Positions 54,396 to 64,000 of a stretch of DNA of 64,000 bases are shown here, in pieces. A program made the position numbers and the translations under genes. The notes below the pieces were generated by a model, which had not been told where the DNA came from, made no database searches, and saw only the letters and a list, made by a program, of their open reading frames with translations. Positions within the stretch are counted from its first letter, which is position 1. Each line of letters begins with the position of its first letter. Origin of the DNA: the human T2T-CHM13v2.0 reference genome, Homo sapiens; NCBI RefSeq assembly GCF_009914755.1, contig NC_060946.1. One strand, 5' to 3'.

Positions 54396-54792
54396 TGTTA
54401 CAGCTCCATGTCTGCGTCTCCCCCAGATTCACGTGTCGAAGCCCTAACCCCCAGTGTGATGGTATTTGGAGGCGGGGCCTTTGGGAGGTGATTACGGTTA
54501 GATAAGGTCACAAGGCTGGGGCCCTCACCATGGCATTAGTGGCCTGGAAGAGAAAGAGACCTCAGAGAGTACATGCCCTCCTCTCTCTCCACCCTTCCAT
54601 CCCCTACCACGTGAGGGCACGGTAAGGAGGTGGCTACCTGCAAGCCAGGAAGGGAACTTCCACCAGAACCAGCCCATGCTGGCACCCTGATCTCAGACTT
54701 CCAGCCTCCAGAACTGTCAGGAAATGTGCTTCCGTTGTTTAGGACACCTTGTCTATCGTATTTTGTCATGGCAGCTTGATCAGACTAATACA
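54396..54792 (+). mobile_element. MLT1A-type ERVL-MaLR solo LTR
   Basis: TG...CA termini with a perfect 5-bp TSD ACTTC (54391-54395, 54793-54797). Internal GGTATTTGGAGGCGGGGCCTTTGGGAGGTGATTA and GACTTCCAGCCTCCAGAACTGT. Confidence 0.92.
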
Positions 54793-56029
54793 ACTTCTTT
54801 CTTAAAACTTTGGTGTATTTTTCCAGATTTTCTACAATGAACATGACCTCATAAAATCAAGAGTGTTTTTCGTTTGTTCTGTTTGGTCTTATGCTGACAC
54901 TGGGCCAGGTGGAAGGGTGGGTGAGTCCGTCTTGCAGGTGGCAGGAGCCCCCTCCATGAGCCCCCACACCCCAGGGTCCCTGCCCAACGTGATCGGCCCT
55001 GCAGGGCAGTCCTGGAACCAGTTCAGGGCTTGGGGCCCTGGCTCTGCCTAGGGAGGTCTCAGGCAGGCCCCCCAACGTCTCAGAACTGCTTCCCTCAGTT
55101 GGAAATGGAGATAATAAGGCCCACCTCATGGCACCCACAAAGAATGGGGCAGCCTGCACCTGGCCTCTCCCTGGAGGACCTTCTCACATCACCCCCGGAG
55201 GGACCACCATCCCCACCCCACAGAGGAGAAAGCCCAGCTCCAAGGCCAAGTTGCAGCCAGGAAGTGCTCTGCTGGCATCCTACCTGGCCCTGACGCCAGG
55301 CCTGAAGCCAGCACCACCCGGGGCTCTGTTGCTCCAAGGCCATTGCCCCTGCTGGCGTTTGCTCAAGGAGCTCCCCCTCCAGAATGCCCTGCCCTATTCC
55401 CAGACACACTTCCTCTGGGGGGCTCTTCTCCCCCAGCCCCACCCCTGCCACCCCTAAGGAGGCTGGCCCCTTCCCAATCCCTTCCTCGTCTGCACCACTG
55501 CCTTGCCCAAGGTGTCCATCCTCAGACCCAATGGGGCCACCATGGGAGCCCGGCTGGGTAATGGCCCATAAGCTCCTGCCCATGGAGTACTCAGGCAGGG
55601 AGGGGCACAAGCTTGGCTGAGCATGAGTGACAGGCTGGGTGGGTCTCAACCTCACCCTGGGCCTGGGGTAGCCCCATGCAAGTGAGGATGTTGAACACGG
55701 TGGACCCCCAGGCAGAAAGTGAGCCACGGGGGGCTATGCAGGACTGCAGCCCTCCCCTCCCCTCAATTCACTGGTGAGTAGCCTGCTACTCCCCTGGCTC
55801 CCAGGGCAGGGCCCTCATCACCTCGAGACCCAGAAGCAGTGATGGAGACCGTCCTGCAACATCAAGCTCCCTGTGATCTGGGGGCCAGGGGATCCTGAGT
55901 ACCCTGCCTCCTGGAGTGCTCTGCCTGCAGGGGGCAGTAGCAGCACCTTCAGGTGGGGTGGTTGGGGTGGCTTCCCGGAGGAAGTGATAACTCAGCTAGG
56001 AGTGGGGCGTGGGGGTGGTCCTGACATGT

Positions 56030-56147
56030 ACCAAGGCTGGGGGTCAAGTGTGCACTGTCTCTCAGCCAGGAGGGTGGAGGCGCTGGACCAAGGCTGGGGG
56101 TCAAGTGTGCACCGTCTCTCAGCCAGGAGGGTAGAGGCACTGGACCA
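56030..56147. repeat. 57-bp tandem duplication
   Basis: ACCAAGGCTGGGGGTCAAGTGTGCACYGTCTCTCAGCCAGGAGGGTRGAGGCRCTGG x2 with 3 mismatches. Confidence 0.92.
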
Positions 56148-59100
56148 CTGGGGCCTCAGGTGTCCAGGTCACTTGTCCCTGGAGTCCCTGGCTATGACAG
56201 AGGCCCTGGTGGGCAGCTCGGGGTTGGGGACAGGCCAAGGCATAGGGGAGGGCACAAAGGGAGGTTGGTGCCCCACCCATCACCCATCATCCGCCTCAGG
56301 CCACCCCAGGGGACCGGCCTCCGCTCCGGCAGCGGGTGAAGAATGGACTCCATTAGGGCCGCCATCTGTCTCAGCCATGACGGGTCCTCGCGGTGACATC
56401 CGGGAGGTATGTAGATGGAATATCTTTATGGGGAGAGTTTTTCTTTTGCCAGTTTTCAAATAGGAAGCCAGACACTTGTCACACCTGTCCCTGTGTCAGC
56501 CTCTGCCTGACATAAATTGGGGCCGAGGCAGGGAGATGAAAGACAGCCTGGAGGCAGCCGGGTGCGCAGGGCCCATGTGTCAGGCCGAGGGAGCACCAGA
56601 GCTGCAGGCAGCCTCCTGCTGGGGCCAAGGAGAGCTCGCCCCGCAGTCCACCTCCGCAGCCTCTGCCCCTCCCTCCACTCCCCTCTGGACCCACAAGTTC
56701 TTCACCTGCCCTCCCCCAACCCAGAGCCCTCCAAGCATCTCACCCGGGCAGTGGCCTGTCCTGCAGCCACTGGGCTTCTGTTAGGGGACACTGGAGCCTC
56801 CTCAGCCCCCAGGCCAGCAGCTCCAGCTCCTCTTCCAGACCTGGGGCCAGTGTGGCTTTCATGAGCGGTCAATGTGGGAGGCTCAGAGTCCTCAACCTCA
56901 CCCCCGCTGCCACTCCTAGGGACCTTGTGGGCTTCAGCATGTTTCCCTGGAATCTGGGGGACTTGGGGGTAGAGCATGTCAAGAACCTCAAGGTCCCTGC
57001 CGCCCAGCATGGGACTATCTTAGAACTGATGCCAGGAAGAATTTGCTAAGAGAATGAAGGGAGAAGCAAGTGACCCCTGTGGGCCTCCCCTGCATCGGGG
57101 ACTGGACCAGGGCCCACTGGGAGTGCATCTTGGTGCCTGAAACTGCACCAAGGATGAGGAGGGGAGGACCCTCCCCAGGGGACACTTGGGGTTCACCTGG
57201 CAGGCCACACTCAAGTCCACAGTCCCCCATGGCCCCAGCGGGTGGGGCAGGGGACGCACCCAGCTGAGGGAACTGTGGCAGTCCTGCTGTTGTCTCACGT
57301 GGCCCTAGGGGGCTCATCTGTAGCCCCCACGGGAGCCCCAAGAAGCCAATCCCTGCTGGGCTCATGGGCTACCACCTCATACAGCCCCATCCCTCGGGAG
57401 GCCCTGAGGAGACCCTGGGGCTGGGCAGGGCGTGACCGGCCAGCTCCATGCTCCCTGACAAGGGGGCCTGGATGTCCAGGGAGAGCCAGGAGGGAAGCGG
57501 AGACTCAAGTGGAGAGTGTGTGGGAGGGAACGTTGCTGGGCTCCACAAAGGAGGGGGCACCAGGGCTGACTCCCAGGTTCCTGGTGGCATGCGTGGAGGC
57601 AGGTGGGGCCAGGAGCACCAGCGCAGCACATCCTGCGTGACCTTGGGCCAGCTCCTCAGCCCTCCCTCGACAGCCGTGCTGGTAGCTGGCCAGGCCCGGG
57701 TGAGTGAGTTCCCCAGGTAGGTGGAAGGGGCTTCTGGGGTAGGGGCCACGCCCGGGGGCAGGTGGCCCACCCTCCCAATACCCAGTCCCACCCCGCCCTA
57801 CCACAACTGAGGACTCTGCCCAAGGACCAGTCAGGGACGAGGCATCCTCTCCAACTGCACTGCAAGGCCAGCACAAGTGAAGGGCGGGACAGAAGCCTCC
57901 ACACAACAAAGGCAGAGGACCCCATACTTCTCTCTGAGTCAGTGCAGAGGTCCTGCGGCAGAGCTCCTGCTGGAACCCAAACTGCACCGTAGGCTCCTCA
58001 CTGAGAACTAGGGACTTCTCCACATGCACCCAGCCTCCCCTCCGGACTCCACAGCTGCTAGCCCTGCCCGGACCCTGTGCACCCCACTCCCACCCCGTCA
58101 TAGCCTCTCAGCCCCACTGTCATTTGGGCTCCCCTGGCATGAACTAACGTGTCTCTCAGGATGTCCTACGAGGACCCTCACGGCAGAAGGACCGATGGGG
58201 AGGAGTGGCCCCAGAGAGCAGTTCCTTCTCTGTACCCACCAGGGTTCAGCAGAGGCTCCTGCTCCAGGCAGTACAGTGGGGCCCACATGCCCATCCTCAC
58301 TGGCCACGTGGGCTGGTCAGAGTCCAGCCTGGATCCCCCCAGGGCAGGACAGGACAGGTAAGAAGGGCTGAAAACCTGGGAGGCCTCCAGGAGGTGAGGG
58401 ACCTGCCACCCCTTCCCACAAGGCCCTAAGGCCCCAATCACTAGTCTCGATTTCCACAGCTAGTTTAGTCCAGGCCAGGAAAGGGCGTGCAAGGGGCCTG
58501 GCCTGGAAGAAGGGGTCCCTGGAGCCAGGTGCACCAGGAGCCTCCAGCTTGCCCAAATCAAGCTGCCACTATGGCCGGGTCCTGTGGGCAGTGCTCACTC
58601 ACCACCGCTCCAGCTTCACGATAGCCACGTGCGGACAGGGAGGCTCAGAGGGTAGGTGGCTCCCCGGGGGAAACAGAGCAACCCTTGTGCAGCCGGCTGG
58701 GCCAACTGATCTGCACCTAACAGCCAGTCTTGAAGGCCACCAACCCTGGGGTCTCCCGGAGCTGACCCAGGGACAGAAGGGCACCAGGCACTGCCCACAA
58801 AGGTGCAACTGATCCTCCTCACCGGCGCCTGGGCCCTCCCTCCCTGCCAGTGTGGCTGTCCCACCCTTCATGGCTTTCTGCATCCTCAAGCTAGGCCTGG
58901 GCTCTTCAAGTGGAGAGGGGTAGGCAGACACAGGTGCCAGGCACTGGGAACTAGGGACGGGGGCTTCCCTGGTGAGGATGGAAAAGAAGGTTCCTACATG
59001 AGACCCTCTAGCCCAAGCCCTGAGAACGAAGGGGCCAAAGCTTCACCTAGGGGCAGCCATGGGGGAGTTTAGGCAGGCAGTGCCTGGCTGGAAACATGTC

Positions 59101-62100
59101 TTAGGGAAGCACTTGAATCCCGGGGTGGGGAACAAGATGGTAGGCCGGGAGCCGGGGCCGGCTGTGGCCACAGGCCGGGGACAGAGGCCAGGTCTGAGGA
59201 TGGCCCTCAGTGAGGAGTAAAGGGGATGGACCGGGAGACAGGGTGCAGGTTTGACACTGATTTTGCCTTTGGGGATGGGTCGAGGGAAGAGGCTGAGACT
59301 CTGGGCTTGGACGTTGGGTACGGAGGATGTGACACTAGCAGACAGGCTGGATCTGGAGGCCCAAGGTGTGTAGTGTGGGGAGCTGTGTGTGCAGGAGAGA
59401 TACAGGGCACTAGGGAGCCTGAACCCCTGCTCCAGTGCACAGGCCGGGCACACGGCAGGGAGGAGGCAGTCACCATTCCCTCACTTGCCGGGACCTGGGA
59501 GGCAGGGCAGAGTGGGTGATGGGCCAGGCTGGGGCCTTGGAATGACATCTGGCATGTGGCAGCGGAGGGGGGACATGTAACTGGGGACTGTGGACTCCCA
59601 GCTGGAATCCACCTCCACCTTCCACATCCACGCACTGCATTTTGGTCTTTACTGAGCACCTGCTGTGTGCAGGGGCTGCTCTAGCCCCTGGGACCACCAA
59701 GGGCCAGCCCTCCACAACCCCAGACCTGCACTCAGCCCCCACCCACTTCCTCCAGAGCCCCACACCCCACACACTGAGGACTCTAGGCATTTTCCCACTC
59801 TTGAAGACACTGAGCTGGGAACACCACCTCTGGCTACCAGCCGTGGACTGCAGAGAGGCCTACGGTGACCAGGAAGGGTGGAGCTGCCCAAGGTCACACA
59901 GCAAGCCAGCACTGCACAAGCTTACCCATGGCTGCCCAGCCTTGGGGAATGGGGGACTTCTGGCATGTCCCCGAGCTGGGCCCTGGCAGAAGGCAAATAA
60001 AGGCAACATCTCAACAAGGTTGTGATAGCCGGGGATCCAGGCAAGCAAGGGACAATCCAGGAAGGCTCCCAGGAGGAGGTGAGGGGCCTGGAGCCCACCC
60101 TGGCCTGAGCCCCTCCTTGGCACTCCAGCCTGCCTAGCCCTGCCCCCTTCCTTGACGGGCCCCTCACCCAGCCTCAGCCTTGGCCTGACATTTCCCGTGA
60201 CATTTGCTGCAAAGAAATAGAGTCATAAATCCAAAGGTTAAATTTGCACATCGCCTCAAATTGCTGGGAGAAGCAGTGGTCCCTCCACCCACTGGGCGCC
60301 CCGTGGGTGCGGGGTTTGTGTGGCAGGGTCTACCCATCCCAGGGCCCTTGCTGGAGGCCCACAGGTCTCCTCCTCTGGTCCTCCGGGGCACTTCAACCAC
60401 TGTTTCCCAAAACAGGTTCCTGGGCACACCAGGCCCTGAGGTACATCGCATAGGGGTGCCTCTCAGAGAAGGTGCTGCCCACCCCTCTCCAAAACAGGGC
60501 CCAAGACGCCCTGCGGGAAAGGAGCACCATCAGCACCATTTATTCCAGCAGGTCCCACATTTGACCACAAAGCCCTTATGTGATACCCCCAACATTCCAA
60601 AGAATTTCAACTCCATGGACCGTGACCCGTGACAGCCAGCTAAGAATGCCAGGGTGCTGACTGGAGAGCCAAGAGGCACCCGGGGGCCCAGGGCAGGCTG
60701 CTCTGAGTGAGGCTGGGTCAGCACCCGACACCTCACTCCCAGATCAGCCCAGCTCCATGTGCCAGGGCCCTGAATGGGGCTTTCCACCTGCCAGGCCTGT
60801 GTAGACCTACATGGGGACCCTGGCCTGTGCCCACTCAGCCCCTCCTAAGGCCACTCTCGAGGTGTGCCAACTGCCCTGCCTTTCTTCTCCACCTCCTGGT
60901 CTGGCTGCTGTGGGTTGCCTCCATCGGACAGGACACAGCTGCGGAACAGTGTCAGCATCACCCCATGCCCCGCTGCCCTGCTGCCCCGCAGAAGAGGCCC
61001 CGCAGGCCATAGCAGGCAAGACCAGAGGCTGTATGAAAGAGGCAGGGGAGAGGTGGCCCCAAGGCACCCACTGCACAAATGGCTGCCCAGACTCTACTCA
61101 CTCACCATCACCTACCCGGCCAGCCCACGGTTGTCAAAGGCCTCAGTGGGCTAGGAGGGGCAGGATCTGGCCCTGCTGCCGAGTCCCCTGAAATCAGCCC
61201 AAGCATCGGGGGAGAGGCACGTGACCAGACCCCAGACCTGGTGGGTGCCAGCTGAGGACATGGTGGGGTGGGTGTGCAGAGCTGCATCTCCCAGTGTCCA
61301 GCTCCACGGCTGCAGGCAGTGCAGGAGGCCGGTGCAGGTTTGGATAAATAAATGATGGTGCATTCTCAGGAAGGGATTCCACACACACCAGAAAACCCAT
61401 GATGCACAAGAATAGTTCCCGATGTGCAAAATGTTTAAAATACAGCGATAAAAGAAGAAACGGCAGCACAGAACACCTGGTGTGGGGGAGCCCAGCTGGG
61501 CCCCAGGGACAGTGCAGGGAGATTTGTGGGGTGGGGCAGCATGCCCGCCACTCCGATCGGGCTTCCCTGGGCCACTCTGTGACCTCCTATCCTTTAAAGC
61601 ATTTAATCCTAGAGATGCCCGATGCCAAGGATCACACCCCTTGATTTGCCTGGCTCAGAAGAGAATCTGACAGGCTAGGAACGAACGAGTGAATGAATGA
61701 ACAAATGAGAAAGTGAATGGATGGTTGGGGCAAATGCAGCATCTGGGATCTGGCTTTGAGGAGGGTGCCTGTGACCTTGGCCTGGGTGCAGCCAGACCGC
61801 AGAGCAGGGACACTGAGGGGTGCAGAGAGGGACCCGAGAGGGCATCTGCACAGCTGCAGAGGCAGCAGGCGGCCAAGCCAGCTCCCGCAGACCCTGAGGC
61901 CCAGGCCCTGGGTGGCTGCAGAGGGTCAGGCAGACCAGCCTGGGGGTCAGAGGTCAGGCTCACCAGAATGGGGGCGGGACGGCATGAACCTCATTGATCA
62001 GATAGTAGCCAAGTGTCAGGAGCCCTCACTAACCCTGTGCCAGGGCCGGGCGGGGCGCCTGGCTCACACACGCATTTGTTCATTTCCAGGTCATCCTGAA

Positions 62101-63009
62101 ACTCCCCATGTGCTTCCTGCTCTTGACCCCTTTCCCAGGTGCACAGACCAAGGCTCCCGGTGAGAGGTTCCGGGCCACAGGCCCAGGACAGCAGGAGGGC
62201 TCCTCTGCCTCCCGCCCGTCCTGTCCTCACCAGCTGGACCCTCCTGGTGTTGCACCGGCTGCACAGGGCCGTCCGTGCCACAAAGCATGAATTCAAGGCT
62301 GGGGCAGGGACGAGGAGAGGGCAATGCTACAAGGCTGCACTGTTCCTGGGCAGAGGGAGGGGGAGAGCACGGTCCCACACACCCTGGCCCTCACAGCCTG
62401 CCTGTCACTCACAGCAACAGCAAACAAACCCTGGCCCCTCCACAGGCTGTGGGCCAGTTCCCAGCCTCCCAGGACAGCAGGACCTTCCCCCACCTTCCAG
62501 GGCCCCAGCCCCTGTAGGGGTGTCCTCCATGGACCCTCCACAAGCCCTCTGGCTTTCAGAGACGTGCTGGGCCAGGCCCTCCCTCAGCCTCTCCCCTGCT
62601 TCTCACTCCATGCAAACCTACGTTTCTGCCAGTCCCAGCAGAAGGACCCTGGCACGGGGAAACTGAGGCTCAGGGGTTCCACAGACCCCCAGGTGAGGAA
62701 CAGGGGGAGGGCAGGGAGGGAGTGAAGGTACTATGGGAGGGTCTCCCAAGCTGGGCAGCATCCCTGCCCTGTCCCCTCTCCACTCACCTGTGGCCCGAGT
62801 TGCCTGACTAGGGGCTTTTATTGTCCCTTCTGCACATGGATGGGGTGAGGGGCCAGCTGGCAGTGCAAAGGTCCCAGGAGGACTCTGCTGAGTGGGGGTG
62901 TGGGGAGGTGTTGTGGGCATTCTGAGGCAGAAGCACCAGAGTCAGAACTCCACAGGGAAAGCCGGGCCAATTCCGCCCAGCCTCAGCCTGGAAGTGCCCC
63001 GATAATCCC

Positions 63010-63400
63010 TGACCACTGGCCCATGGTGCAGGTGAGGAAGACTGAGGCAGAGAGGCGACCTGTCACACCCAAGGTCACACCGCCAGCAGGTGGCTGAGCC
63101 AGGACCCAAATCCAGGTCACGGTTCTGCCACGGCAGGCCCTGCACGTGCCCCTCTGCCAGGTGGCGTCTAGGTGCTGATGGCCACCCATTCCCACCCCCG
63201 GCATGGGAGCTCACTTCCTCCTCACCTCAGTAGAGAAGAACAGGGAACAGTACCCCCTTTATAGATGGGAAGACTGAGGCTTAGAAAAAGAGACTGGCCA
63301 GCCCCACTGCTTCAGCTGCCCCTCTGCTAGTATGTTTCACCCTCACACAACCTACAAGGATAACCTGCTGGTCCCCACTCTATAGATGAGCCTCTGGTGG
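63010..63400 (-). mobile_element. Cluster of MIR fragments
   Basis: GGTGAGGAAGACTGAGGCAGAGAGG..CCCAAGGTCACAC and CCCCTTTTATAGATGGGAAGACTGAGGCTTAGA cores. Confidence 0.65.
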
Positions 63401-64000
63401 TGGCCAGGGGAGCAGGAGGTGTGGCCTGCCAATCCAAGCCCCAGCCCAGGGCCCTTGCCACAGTGCTAGTGGGCCACCCTTGCCCATCATGCAGCATGGC
63501 ATCCATCTGCTCAGCACCCTACACAACACCGGAGGTAGGGGAGCCCACCACAGAACCCCTCACCAAGAAGGTCCTCACCATGGAGAAACTGAGGCACTGG
63601 AGGCGGGGCCTCTGCAGTCACGCTGGGTCACGTGCTCCAGTCAGCCAAGCTGCAGCGGCCACCAAGGGTGCCCAGGGTCTGGCCTGTTGGTCACAGTGTT
63701 GACCTCATGGCCTGAAATGGGTCTTCCCTGCCCAGACAGGTTCCAGCCCACCATCATCTATCTGCCTCAGCCCTGGTGGGTAGGGAGTGGCTGGGAGACC
63801 CTGCCCCTCACACCCTGGGCTTTGCGGTATTCAACGAGCCCCCAACACACATTCCAGGGCCTCTGCTCCAGATTAGGCCACAGCCTGTCTAGGCACACAA
63901 GGGGCACCCACACCCTGGAGGCAAAGAGACATGCCTATGTGCCCGCAGGCACACATGATCACGCGCACAGACACACGTGCAGATGCATACCAAGTTACAC

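Overview
This is GC-rich human (primate) genomic DNA from the RTN4R (Nogo-66 receptor, NgR1) locus at 22q11.21. The only protein-coding sequence is the large terminal exon 2 of RTN4R on the minus strand (CDS 38902->37503, 3' UTR to about 37207, AATAAA at 37222-37227). The 22 coding nt of exon 1 lie beyond the right edge, so everything right of 38902 is intron 1, which hosts the MIR1286 hairpin (44926-45003). Left of 37207 is downstream intergenic sequence. The rest consists of interspersed repeats (two LTR1-family solo LTRs, MLT1A, AluS, AluJ, Tigger3a, MER58A, HAL1/L1, MIR/L2 fragments), two large low-complexity arrays, several local duplications and AT-rich homeodomain-motif islands that look like enhancers. 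The arrays are a 1.45-kb CA-rich minisatellite and a 2.05-kb degenerate (CAT/CAC)n array with higher-order structure. Almost all other ORFs in the track are chance or repeat-derived. I found no convincing new biological system. The leads most worth following are the intronic (CAT)n array, the motif-packed RTN4R 3' UTR, the CATGCA-dense minisatellite and two duplications that share a ~2.1-kb offset. Repeat family names come from my recall of consensus sequences, not from a search.
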